Source: Antedon mediterranea (taxonomy: Eukaryota; Animalia; Echinodermata). From it: a DNA stretch of 64,000 nt. The notes under the pieces were generated by a model that searched no databases, had not been told where the DNA came from, and worked only from the letters and a program-made list of their open reading frames with translations. The stretch covers positions 13,959,045 to 14,023,044 of the forward strand of contig NC_092680.1 of NCBI RefSeq assembly GCF_964355755.1, given 5' to 3'. Shown here piece after piece: positions 52,501 to 62,371 of the stretch; within the stretch, counting starts at the first letter, position 1, and each line of letters begins with the position of its first letter. Both the position numbers and the translations under genes were made by a program.

Positions 52501-55500
52501 AGTTCGTGACATAATTTGGTGGCAGCGGTGTTCAGCCTAATTTGGTGGCAGCGGTTATTTCGATCTACTGTTCGACTTAACTGTGTATTTATCTACGGTT
52601 GTGATATTTTGTGGTAGCAGTTTGATCTACTGTATTTTGCCATAGATTGGTGGCTGTTTTAGGATCAACTGTACTTTATTGATATTTTGTGAAAGCGGTA
52701 CTTACGATACTGTGATATTTTACGGAAGCCGCGGTGCTACGTTTTGTTTAATCGTAAGTACACAAACATTGTTTTAAGAACAGTACATTATTTATTTGGA
52801 ACAGTAGACTTGTGAACGTCTCGGTAACTACGATTAACTAGTAACAAGACCCTCATCCAGATTTAAAATATGGCTGATAAACAATCAACAACAATATCCG
52901 GTAAAGTGTACAGCAGTACAGACTTTTTAGTGTTGTTAATGAAGCAACAAATACAACAACAGAGTCTTCTGATGCAGCAGATGATGGATAACCAAGAACG
53001 TTTACATCGGGAAGATATTGAAAGGAAAGAAGGTTTATGTCGGGAAGATATGACGGTCTGTAAGGACGGAATTTTATTTAGGCATGTTTTTACTAAACAC
53101 CGGACAGAACCCATAGAGAAATTAGTGGTTTTATATCATTGCAGTAATAGTGTTTTGAAATTTTCACATGATATTTCATTGAAAGAGTATTGTAAAGCCT
53201 CAAAGTATAAAACTAAATTTAAGGCCCCAATGATTCCTATGTCAGTAATTGTTAGTCAACCATTCCGACAAATTTACATGAATATTGTTGGTTCATTATT
53301 AGTAATTATTAATAATTATGTTCTATGTTATTATGGTGTAATTAAGTTTGATAGACTAGGAGTGGGTTAAATTTTGACACGTCCGTGTATACTTGCCCCT
53401 CAAAACTCCAAGAAAGAGTTTTGAGCTCAGAAAGAGGGGGGAGTGTAATAAATTACCATTCCCTAACATATAGAGTAACATAGTATTTACATGAACATTC
53501 TAGAATAAGATGTTTTGATTTAATAAACCATGTATAATTAATAAGAACAATCAAGAACATTCCAGAAGTGCTATTAATAGAAACTGTAATCATGTAATAA
53601 TGAGAAGTATAAAGAATGATCTAGAAGGATAGGAGCATCTTGTATATAAAGGGTTGTAAACTATTGTAAGGTTGTTGGATTAGAGGTTGGATTAGAGGTT
53701 GGATTAGAGGTTGGATGTTATATTGTAAAGTCATTGTGAAGCTGTTGTTTAAAGTGCTTACTGGATTGTTAAAAGTTGAAGTTGATTGAAATTAAAGCTT
53801 TGTTTTGAGTTATTTTACAACTTTGTGGATTTTGTGTGTATACTTTTATGTCACAAGGGAGTTCCTAAAGTATTTTCAACCGCTCGGAAACATACGTGAG
53901 AGGAGTTCGTGACAGTTTTTAAGAGTGTTTTGAAAACTATGATAGAGGATGTATTTTCAGGAAGATTGTTCCACAGTTTAGGAGCTGCAACTGCAAAGGC
54001 TCGATCACCATAGGTCTTAAGGCGGTTGGGTGGAACAAAAAGTGCAGATAGATTTAGTGGGTGACCTAACCGTGATGTTATGAGTGCATGGACAATTTTA
54101 ATAAGCGAGGAGTTGGTTAAGGATTTGCCAATTGAACTTATGTTACTAGTAGGTGGTAGGTAACAGATAGAGAGATTGTCACATAGATCTGGACAAGGGA
54201 CTTAGTTTAAATGTACATCCTCCTCAATACCCTGAATAAATGTTTCTAAAGCGGGACAACGATATTAGGTGGATTCCAGGAACTTTTTGGTTTAAATTTG
54301 TTAACGTTGAGTGGTGTTGCTGTCTGAATCAGCAAAAAATTCACCTAATCTTTATCTTCTGGAGAAAGACTCCATATCCAAAAATAGTGGTTGTGCAGAA
54401 TTTAAGTCCTCGGTTAAGAAGTTTTTTCTTTCCTTCGGATTTCAACAATTAATTTCAACAACCGAATCAGAGGTGTTGCATGATTCTTGTTATAAGTCTG
54501 AAAGAACCTTCTGCAGGGTTTCCTATAAGCCTTGAAATCATCCGAAAGGTAGAGTCACTTGTGTTGAAATGACTAAGTCTGCAGGTAGACCAAATTTTTG
54601 ATAATAACACAATTTAATGAGGGTGATCCATCCAGCAATCGCTGATCATTAGGGACCCTCAGAGGTTCACAAGACAAACATATACACAAGATGCTCTACA
54701 TAAACAAAGTCTTATTACAAGTCAACTCCCTACTGGAACATTTCCTTTGATTGCTTACGACAATTATTGGCGATAATCCTGAAGTGAATTTCAACGTCAA
54801 CCTCTTTGAGGATTTTGCGGACGGGTTGGGGTATCCGAATGTTTAGAACGATGTTAAAGAAAAGTACATACATGGTGACAATACCGTACACATTTCTTAA
54901 AAAGGCGATGTAGAATAATAAAGTTATCCAAAGTACCCTCCAGGATTACAGCAAAGTCAAATCAAAATTGATACAAAGAGCTGAAAAATTGACAATGCTG
55001 TGGGTGTGCAGTGACTGGATCTCAATGGAGAAAAAAGAGATAAAGTAAAACAGCCAGAAAAGTTAGCAGAGCTTTTGGGCAACACTAGCCCTTCAGTGCA
55101 AGTGAAGTACTTGGACAAAGTTAAATATGACAAACACTGCCTTAGTAGTAATAAATAAAAAGAATCTAATCAATTGAAATAACATAAATACTGGCTTTAC
55201 AACACTACTGACATTGAATGGGACGCGCCGGATGGCGACGAAACTGCAGCAATAAAGTTTATTGTATAGGCGGCGAACGAATACGCTAGCTGATTAACTG
55301 TAAAAAAAACCTATCCCCATCTCAGTCTATGCAGTCTTCGAATAAAAATGGATTGAATTTCTGTTATGAGTCACTGCACTGTTTTTTGCTAGGCACTAAG
55401 TTATTACGCGTGAGGGAATTGACACTTGGAAGTAAGATTGGAATGTTTCATTCATCGCCAAGCAATACATTTGTAAAAACATATATTAAATCTATTAAAA

Positions 55501-58500
55501 ATAAGGTTTTTTAAATAAAGTCTGTTTGTCTTCAACATTATGATGCTGTACTGGAGCTGTTGAACCGGTTTTCAGCTATTAAAAACAATTATCGTAGAAG
55601 GAGATAGGTAAATGCGAAGCATGCTTGTACTATTGTGTGCAGGTATTTTTAGCTTCTTAAGTTTTGTGGAAAATGGGAAATGCTTAAAATGTCCTGAAAC
55701 GTGTAGAAAATTGATTAGAAATTGATTTTGAGCATTTTTAACTTTAACGAAAATACCAAGATTAAAAATTTTGCTAATGATACAGGAAGATGACGCTTGA
55801 CATGAAGCATCCGTGTGTCCAAGTTTCATTCGAATTTATAGTCAATTTAAGAATTTCAGAAAATCGCGCATAGTTACACTACCAAAGTTTGTTGCACAAC
55901 TACATATATGTGCATCTGCTGGCCAAGTTACGACACAAAATAACTGCTATTGCCGTTATAGAGATCTGCTATGGACAAAAAATGAGCAGAAAAAATGAAA
56001 TCTTTGCCAATAACAATAGGCTATAGATCGCTCTATAGAGAGCGATAGCCTAATTATTGTTAATTAAGATTGCCTAGAATCTGCAGTAATTTTTTTAAAT
56101 AAAGGTGTCCCCTCTTTTGGTGAGTATTTAAGAAAAATCTGTCTTTTCATTGTTACAGAGAATGTCTGCTAGCAAAAATGAAATTATAAAGTACATTATG
56201 GTATCATCATTTAAATTATCCAGGCTTTATTACAAAATGAAGATGATCTGATACCAGTATCTTTTTTAAATATATCTTTAAATTTAAAAAATTAGAAAAG
56301 AAATTGAAGTTTCTTTCAAATGACATTATTACATTACCTTTGATATTGAGGCAACAAATGATTGTTTGGCCTCCTCACCATTCAAGTCAGCAACTTCAAA
56401 TTCATCGCCAAAATCACAGAATGCATAGCTAAAAACACCGTATACATCTCCTGAAATAAACTACAAGAACAAACAAAAATATCACTTTGCAACAAAAATA
56501 TTATTCATACTTGATCAAAAATTATTTATTATATGTAGAAAAATAGGGTAAGTACTACGAATAAACCCAAAATAACTACATAAATGTCTCTAAAGCTTTG
56601 TGTGATGTGCCGAATGGTTGTCATTATGAGCATCACATTTTTTGTCACATAAAGTTTAATAGTGTAGACAGAGCTTTGTCTCTGCTGTAACAAATAAATT
56701 GAAATTTAAACTTGTGTATATCGTATATATATATATAGATATTGCTATTATACTATTACATAAAATCTAAATAAAATGCTATATATAACTTCTTTTCCCT
56801 AGCTGACACTTTATGTTATGTATGGTATGCAATATATTTTGACTTCATCACTACACTTGACTGCTATGCCAACTACATTTTTTATGCAAACGAAATGAAT
56901 AAAATAAAATATATTATCATATTTTGTTGTTGTACTTGGTTAAAAGTTCTTTATAGCGTGCAATACTTTCCATGAAATTCATTGTAATAGAAAAAAAGTA
57001 TCGCAAAATTTCACGCATATTACTTGTGCAATGGGGAATCCGAGATCCGGGAAGTTCATGAATTATTATAGTAATTTGCAAAAACACATGATAGGAAACA
57101 TCTCATAAATCGATTTAAATACTTTAATTGGCTTGGATCATTTGAGGTATTGTTGAATCTCTGTTTATAATTGAATAAGAATTGGGCAAGTGAATAAAGA
57201 TTGGTTGACTAAATGACAATAGGGACTTTTAGATTTTCATCTTGACTTCAACTGCTACCCTATTATGTCATGTTTATGATATGCTCATGCGCTAGGCGCG
57301 TCCACTGGCAAATTTGAGCGCTTGTTCAGTGGCATGAGTACCAGTGGACGTATGACGTCATAATAATGCAAAAGTTTACCCAAAACCATGGCCGATTTTC
57401 TTGCGCTGATTTCTGAGAATGTAGTAAAGATTTTCAGTCAAATTATATTTGCAAACTGTGATTATTGATTTACATTGGTTATTTTAAATAAAGCTTTTAA
57501 TAATACAGGTTATGGTCTGGGTCTTATCGCTAGGAAGCTAGCCTTTGTTCAGGAAATTAAGGACCTCGGCTAGGCCTAAGCCTGTGTACTTCAACCGGCC
57601 CAGTGCGGTGGAATAGCACCACGGATGAGCGCTACTATTAAGGTTACAAGGTCAGATCCCAAGGTAATTCACAGGAACGAAACTCAAAATTGTGAAATGA
57701 GGTTTTAGTTGTGGATAAATATTTAAATTTCTTATTTTACTGGTGAGTACAAGATGCTGGTTAGCGTTATTATATCTTCATGGGAAAATTAAGTTAATTA
57801 ACCTTTAAACTATGGATGCAATATTACATTTTTATCTAAACATATGTTATGCTTCTTATCTTTTTTTTATTAGTTATTCAGTTTTTATTTGAACAAGTTG
57901 CAATATATCATTTTATGTTGCACATTCATTAATTAATATGCTTATTTCTGTTTCACATCTTTACATATTAATGTTTAAGAAACTAATTTGGCAGGATAGT
58001 GATAGTTGATTGGATCAATTCTACATCTAAGGACATTTTGATATTATCATACAGTAATAATATAAGGTTTAATTCCATCATTTTACATGAAAAGTATTCC
58101 AAATTAATTCGGTCTGTGTTTATACCCCATACCACAGTGTGTTGCATTTAGCATATTACCGTCATAGTACATGGCAACTCAAATGACCCTTGTAAAAAAT
58201 TGTTATTAATTGATTAAATTATAAATTACTACCGCATTCTCATGTCTTGGGTCGCTATCGATAGGTTCCCGAGTGGTGAACAGTCACTAAAATCCGGAAT
58301 CTATCAAGAATGACCCACGACAAGCCGCTCTCGATAAGCTGTCATTAGGGTCGGCTCCTGAAAGCGACTGCAGATGACATTTTGTTTGTGATAGCCAATC
58401 AGATACTAGCTTTCTTTTGGGTCAAATAATTACATGGACGTATGTCAATAAATAAAGAGACTAGAGAAACTAAACAGCATTATAGACCCAAAAAAATTAC

Positions 58501-60515
58501 TGCAGTTAATATTGAAAATCCCTGTAAAAGGACTCTACACCCAGTATGTACACATGCTTTGTGCCGGTGCAGTTATTGCCCTGTTTTCTTTCCCTGGCCA
58601 TCGAGCCAGTTAGTTTGTGCGGATGAACATTTTGCGTATTTATATTATAATATTCTGTCTACAGTTTGAGGACTCTTTTCGACCCCATCTTGCTGAAAAC
58701 CCAATCGGCTCTTGCACAACTAATCACTCATGATTGATTAGACATGTGAAGTTTTCTGGTTAAATCTGGTGGAATGTGAATGATTGGCTGGCTTGCATGC
58801 TGGATATTCTCTTGATTTCACACATGTGTTTGTACTATACATCTTGATTCTATATTTGGATGTAGTACTGTATTTGCTATTTTTCTTGTGCATTCAAGTG
58901 TACAATCTGGATTACAATCATTTAGGATGAGTTGCTTAAGATTGTATCCTTAACCTTGAACTTTGCATATAAGAAACTACTTGCAAAATTATTTTTATCT
59001 TAAAATCAATGCTTGCCTATACTGTAAATTGAAAATGTTTTCCTTTGTTAACATGGGTCTTACTAAACACCACATGCGGCATGTTCTTTAGGACCAAAAT
59101 CCATGGCGGACAACCCATAAGTTGTATTTCACTATCTCAGCATTTGTTTGCAGAAATAGCCAAAGTCTAAAATCTAACACACAGGGCTATGGTTTGGACT
59201 TTCAAATTTGGAATCAATTAAGGTTTTTAAAACCATATTTAATATATTTTTATGCATTTTTTTAAAGGACCCATTTCTATAGACAAGAAAATACTATTCT
59301 TTCAAAATAAGGTGTCAAAACCGTGTTATCCCAGAGGACACAGAACTTCATAGCTACATTGCATATGAATACCGTATAGTTCCTAATAAACGCCCCCGGG
59401 GCATTGCATTTTCTAAAAAGGAAAAGGGGGGGGGGGGGGGCGGCGTTTGTTAGGGGTGAAATGTAAAAATCATAGAGCCTAGGCCTACCCTAAACAAGTT
59501 GCTTCAGACGATCAATCAATGTTTTTTTTGGGTGTGCAACAAATAAGTTCACAGGGTACCTCTAAACCCCCTGCTATGCTACTGTGCCTGTGTTAATAGC
59601 TGTAATTTTTACTTTTACTTCACCTTTATGTTTCCAAAAAAAAAATTAAAAATCTTGGATTGCTCTTGTGGCAAATGGCCGACGATGCAGCATTCTTCGT
59701 TGTCCTTTACAACAGAAACAGCAAGTTTATCTTAGTTTATTGATATCCGCCCTCAACTTGATGAAAAGTTCTAACAACTCGAAAGATCCTTGTATCAATT
59801 CCGTGTTGTGTGAATAAACATGCGATTGTCTGATCCTCGTTGTTTTCCTGGTTTTTAAAGACCAGCGATGTATGTTGCCTACACGCCCGAATTACCCTAC
59901 ACGCCCGGTGTAGGCCTCACATGTTTGTCACGCTGTTAGCGTACATTGTTATCACAGTCGCTGAAAAATGTGACTTTCCAGGCTGAAAACCAATTCTGAA
60001 CGGGAGAATCCTCTGTTTATATAGATTGGGCACTTAGGTGTGTTAATTAGAAAATGAACAAAAAATGTTTATAGGGGCGGGGCGTTTATTAGGAACAATA
60101 CGGTATTATCAATTTGAGACTAAAATATGTTACCCAAATGGTGTCTATACTCTACCTGTATAGGTGGATTCTGCTTTTGACAAACTCACTGACTTGAATT
60201 TGAGACTAAAACAAGTTACCCAAATAGTGTTTACTACCTGTATAGGTGGATTCTGCTTTTGACAAACTTATTGACTTGAATTTGAGATAAAACAAGTTAC
60301 GCAAACGGTGTTTATAATCTACCTGTATTGGCGGGTTTTGCTTTCGACAAAACTCATTGACTTGAATTTGAGTTGCCAAAGATGTCTCAGTTAGTATGAC
60401 ACATTGGTAGTTGCTTAAGAACGCCAAATTAGAGGTCGCACTGACATTTTCGGTTGATACCTTTACATCAACATTTGGATTAAGTTCAGAGAGAGATGCT
60501 ACACTAGCTTCTGCC
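28445..60515 (-). CDS. UBA6: Ubiquitin-like modifier-activating enzyme 6 (E1), 5'-partial, 23 exons in window, about 937 aa
   Basis: 23 GT-AG exons (2815 nt) splice in frame to TAA at 28445-28447. Motifs: [114 protein letters not shown]. The last several are UBA6-type, not UBA1-type. Confidence 0.97.
28669..28763 (-). CDS. UBA6: UBA6 exon ([31 protein letters not shown])
   Basis: 95 nt, UBA6-type UFD motif. Confidence 0.94.
28862..29405. mobile_element. Kolobok-like MITE (TTAA target)
   Basis: TTAA-ATGTATTGTCCCTTG ... CAAAGGGAGAATACATCT-TTAA; same TIR family as 61905-62222. Confidence 0.55.
30397..30612 (-). CDS. UBA6: UBA6 exon (ATLELVKVV...YKNCFMNL...TIWDRWTV...HFK)
   Basis: 216 nt phase 0/0, start of UFD. 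Confidence 0.95.
31067..31260 (-). CDS. UBA6: UBA6 exon ([13 protein letters not shown]...[19 protein letters not shown])
   Basis: 194 nt, conserved E1 motifs. Confidence 0.96.
31716..31848 (-). CDS. UBA6: UBA6 exon ([12 protein letters not shown]...NNRAQP)
   Basis: 133 nt phase 0/1. Confidence 0.9.
32520..32605 (+). mobile_element. LINE ORF2 extreme C-terminal remnant
   Basis: [17 protein letters not shown], typical Rex/Babar-type ending. Confidence 0.6.
33532..33673 (-). CDS. UBA6: UBA6 exon ([11 protein letters not shown]...IPEFVGSVK)
   Basis: 142 nt phase 2/0. Confidence 0.92.
33862..34045 (+). mobile_element. Helentron/DINE-1-like non-autonomous element 5' part
   Basis: TTTACCTCCACCAAGGAGG hairpin, then (GTTT)/(GTCT) microsatellite and AGCAGGATTACT; related copy at about 35495-35630. 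Confidence 0.5.
34701..34764 (-). CDS. UBA6: UBA6 exon ([22 protein letters not shown])
   Basis: 64 nt, FWQSPKRPP. Confidence 0.94.
35631..35958 (+). mobile_element. tRNA-derived SINE family 1 with Deu/Nin-like central domain
   Basis: A-box TGGCCGAGCGG, B-box-like GGTTCCAGGCT, core GGATAAGGACTATAAACCG...CACTTTAAAGAACC...GAGTAGGGGGTTACCCCGGTG, (CAAT)n tail. Confidence 0.8.
36016..36067 (-). CDS. UBA6: UBA6 exon ([17 protein letters not shown])
   Basis: 52 nt phase 0/1. Confidence 0.92.
36573..36701 (-). CDS. UBA6: UBA6 exon ([10 protein letters not shown]...[23 protein letters not shown])
   Basis: 129 nt phase 0/0. Confidence 0.94.
36735..36875. repeat. Unclassified palindromic interspersed repeat
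   Basis: ACAAATAATAAATGTTT...TGGTACAAATAATTT / AAATTATTTGTACCA...AAACATTCATTATTTGT; relatives near 4490, 7990, 9050 and 48335. Confidence 0.6.
37161..37241 (-). CDS. UBA6: UBA6 exon ([27 protein letters not shown])
   Basis: 81 nt phase 0/0. Confidence 0.92.
37680..38615 (-). mobile_element. Decayed CR1/L2-type LINE RT fragment interrupted by a minisatellite
   Basis: [16 protein letters not shown] at 38545-38595; SKVICFG and [11 protein letters not shown] remnants on the other side. Confidence 0.65.
37874..38539. repeat. 23-bp minisatellite ATATTTGTATAGGGCATATCTGT, about 29 copies
   Basis: Near-perfect tandem array, 666 bp. Confidence 0.97.
39176..39380 (+). mobile_element. SINE family 1, diverged copy
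   Basis: Same head and core as 35631-35958. Confidence 0.75.
39453..39648 (-). CDS. UBA6: UBA6 exon with catalytic cysteine ([10 protein letters not shown]; Cys codon 39510-39512)
   Basis: 196 nt, [12 protein letters not shown]...[22 protein letters not shown]. Confidence 0.97.
40095..40575 (+). mobile_element. Helentron/HINE-like element
   Basis: T-run, hairpin GGTTATCTGC-ACTTG-GCGGATAACC, TTGTTATT, (CTT) tract; mirror architecture on the minus strand at about 55720-56053 and a similar start near 38700. Confidence 0.45.
40617..40722 (-). CDS. UBA6: UBA6 exon ([12 protein letters not shown]...[13 protein letters not shown])
   Basis: 106 nt, ALDNVEAR motif. Confidence 0.95.
41283..41510 (+). 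mobile_element. tRNA-derived SINE family 2, second copy
   Basis: B-box GGTTCAATTCC, same core and body as 13037-13255. Confidence 0.78.
41832..41861 (-). CDS. UBA6: UBA6 30-nt microexon ([10 protein letters not shown])
   Basis: atttag|...AAG|gtacag; matches recalled human IKIDAHLNK, phase 1/1. Confidence 0.85.
42229..42277 (-). CDS. UBA6: UBA6 exon ([16 protein letters not shown])
   Basis: 49 nt phase 0/1. Confidence 0.92.
42642..42719 (-). CDS. UBA6: UBA6 exon ([26 protein letters not shown])
   Basis: 78 nt, E1 SNLNRQ motif. Confidence 0.96.
42831..42987 (-). CDS. UBA6: UBA6 exon with ATP-binding GCGAIG motif
   Basis: [12 protein letters not shown]...[22 protein letters not shown], 157 nt. 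Confidence 0.96.
43423..43490 (-). CDS. UBA6: UBA6 exon ([23 protein letters not shown])
   Basis: 68 nt, phase 0/2, fills the expected gap. Confidence 0.88.
43830..44606 (+). mobile_element. 5'-truncated CR1/L2(Crack)-type LINE 3' end inserted in MITE family A
   Basis: [17 protein letters not shown]...LQKKAIRII...GP(T)LWNNLP (frameshifted); AATAAA + (ATTGA)n tail; MITE halves at 43752-43829 and 44606-44643. Confidence 0.85.
44679..44889 (-). CDS. UBA6: UBA6 exon (DEDDACELV...[22 protein letters not shown])
   Basis: 211 nt, QEVLKA motif. Confidence 0.95.
45490..46050. repeat. 51-bp minisatellite, 11 copies
   Basis: TCTGCTGTGTGGGGCTAAAGGTAGGTGYGCAYATAGCAAAGCATGAGCCTT; gives 17-aa repeat ORFs. 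Confidence 0.97.
46437..46570 (-). CDS. UBA6: UBA6 exon ([10 protein letters not shown]...HGRLPSVR)
   Basis: 134 nt, phase-compatible. Confidence 0.92.
47450..47658 (-). mobile_element. SINE family 1, diverged copy in opposite orientation
   Basis: Reverse complement of head AGAGTGAGTGAGTGGCCGAATGG and core; another minus fragment near 38800-38885. Confidence 0.72.
47774..47883 (-). CDS. UBA6: UBA6 exon ([13 protein letters not shown]...[15 protein letters not shown])
   Basis: 110 nt, phase-compatible. Confidence 0.93.
48878..49114. repeat. Three identical 79-bp tandem copies of a UBA6 exon 3' end plus splice donor
   Basis: Units 48878-48956, 48957-49035, 49036-49114. Confidence 0.95.
49047..49170 (-). 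CDS. UBA6: UBA6 exon ([16 protein letters not shown]...NGEMHQIK), FCCH domain
   Basis: 124 nt; its 3' end and donor are present in three copies. Confidence 0.92.
52065..53914 (+). mobile_element. Non-autonomous Gypsy-derived LTR element (TRIM-like), 1.85 kb
   Basis: LTRs 52065-52511 and 53444-53914 (TG...CA), 5-bp TSD GTTTT, PBS TGGTGGCAGCGGTG (tRNA-Leu), PPT AGAAAGAGGGGGGAG. Confidence 0.95.
52870..53370 (+). pseudogene. Chimeric gag N-terminus / integrase remnant ORF of the LTR element
   Basis: Q/M-rich N-terminus, then KDGILFR...KLVV...VLKFSHD...EYCK...KAPMIPM...[13 protein letters not shown] (cf. integrase PFERIAMDIVGPL). Confidence 0.7.
56338..56460 (-). CDS. UBA6: UBA6 exon ([23 protein letters not shown]...ISK)
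   Basis: 123 nt, FCDFG motif. Confidence 0.95.
59372..60103. mobile_element. pogo/Tc2-type MITE
   Basis: TA-CCGTATAGTTCCTAATAAACGCCCC ... GGGGCGTTTATTAGGAACAATACGG-TA. Confidence 0.85.
60111..60372. repeat. Three diverged ~85-bp tandem copies of a UBA6 exon 3' end, donor and proximal intron
   Basis: CTACCTGTAT...TGACTTGAATTTGAG occurs three times. Confidence 0.9.
60323..60515 (-). CDS. UBA6: UBA6 exon ([16 protein letters not shown]...[10 protein letters not shown])
   Basis: 193 nt, AG/GT bounded, ELNP motif of the inactive adenylation domain. Confidence 0.93.
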
Positions 60516-61904
60516 CTGTTGAAAAAAAAAACAGTGTAATTTGGGTTTAGTGAAGAACCATTGACTAAAAAAAATTATTTAAAAAAAAATGTTATACAGT
60601 ACTGTATTTTAATAAATCTCTCAAATAATGGCAACTCTTCTGCTGAATATTAAAATTTATAATGTTGTTAATAATTGTTATGCAGAAATCAGTACTGCTA
60701 AGTATTTGAACTCTTTCACTGTGCAACATTAATTCAACCTGTATGTGCGCAATATTTATGTGCAATAATTAATTGCAAAATAATACTAAATGAGATAATT
60801 TTGTAATTATTTTTGTGGTGTGTGGTTGGCAATGAAAGTTTGGTCTACGGTTGGGAGTAAAATAAAAGCTAATTTGCATACAGCTATTTTGGAATTCCTG
60901 TTTTTTGTCAATTCAATGATAAAAACTATTTTTCTATAAGACATTCTTAAGAATATGGGTTTCCCTCTGGATTTGATGAAGATATGTATAATAAATAAAA
61001 ATATTTAAAAAAAATTGAATTATTTTTATCGTTTTACAAGTTGAAATCAAAACTTCAATACGATACTAACACATATAGAGGGCGTATATATTCAATTAAG
61101 AAACTATTAGAAACCCTAGTATCAATCTTGTTGAATGATAGGACGACTTTTTAAGTTTTTTATGTTTAAAAATTAAATATAACAAATCACAATAATTTGT
61201 AAACCTTTATGAGACATCCAACCAGTTAAAACCAGTTTGGTGTTGACTAACAGTCATTGGAGTCTATTGTAAGTTGAATTTTAACCACAAGAAAAACATT
61301 GATTTCACAGTCATACACAACACTAATTATTTGAAAATAATATTTTAATATAATAACAATTTATTACTTTGTTTGACTAAATGTTTGTTTCCTTTTTGTT
61401 TGCCGAATAATATGGTGTATTTGCTTGATCTAATAATTTTGCACTATATCATGCATAAAACAGGCATTTCCAGTTGCTTCTGGGCAATTGTTAATTAATG
61501 ATGATTTTTTGTTTGTTTGATTTTGTATAAAACTGTAATTGAAACAAACAAAAAATATTTACACAGAAGCTTTAGTGTCGGTTACATTAAATGTGACCGT
61601 TTATTTTGTCTTCTATATCATGCATATAAACAGGAAAGAGTTAAATTTTACTCTTCCCTGTTTATTATGCACAATATTTTTTGTAAATTTTTTCAAATAT
61701 TTGTTTTATCAAATGCAACAAAAGCCAAAATGAGGATGAAAAATGAGGAAGAACATAATACAAACTTATCAGTTGACCATTTGAACCAATTACACAAAAA
61801 AGGTTTACAATTCAAAATTAACAATCACACGTTATTCCTAATGGTAAACCAAAATTACTCTAATTTTTATCTCATACCAACAAATTTAAGGAGTTGAATA
61901 TTAA

Positions 61905-62222
61905 AGATGTATATTAGTCCCTAAAAACATGAAAATGAAGATTAATAAAAGCAGACTTTAAATAGGCCATTTCTCTGTAAAAAAAAAAAATATTTCACTT
62001 ATAAAAGACAACAGAAACATTACAATTTTAACCAAAAACCATTGTCTGACAGACCATTTAAGTATTTTTTGCTTTAGATTACATTTTTGTAGGTAAATAT
62101 TTTTTTTAGATCCAGTTTTGGTCAAAGTGAATAACTATATATGTGAAATTAAAATTATTGAATTGAAAAACTATTGAAAAAAATTTTTTTTTTAAAATAT
62201 TTTGTAAGGGGACAAAATATCT
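61905..62222. mobile_element. Kolobok-like MITE
   Basis: TTAA-AGATGTATATTAGTCCC ... GGGGACAAAATATCT-TTAA. Confidence 0.6.
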
Positions 62223-62371
62223 TTAAATAAACAGATTAGCATTCCTGATCTGGATAAGCGATCCTGATCACTATCCAGATCAGACATTCTCATGCAGACT
62301 GATCGGTGTAAGCCAGACTTACATGTAGAAACAAATCATTTCCTATTTCATAATATTTGTATTGTAGTTAT

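Larger units (their letters stand above)
51950..55100 (-). mobile_element. Internally deleted L2-type LINE split by the LTR element
   Basis: 53915-54050 reads [21 protein letters not shown]...FKTLLKT and continues HFF beyond the TSD; 3' tail CAGCGCTTTGGG...CGCGCTTTATAAGT + (AACATT)n; 5' limit approximate. Confidence 0.75.

Noticed and set aside
28445-60515. UBA1 or UBA7 identity for the E1 gene
   Set aside because: [32 protein letters not shown] and PPLRYYF are UBA6-type, and the STAP neighbour agrees
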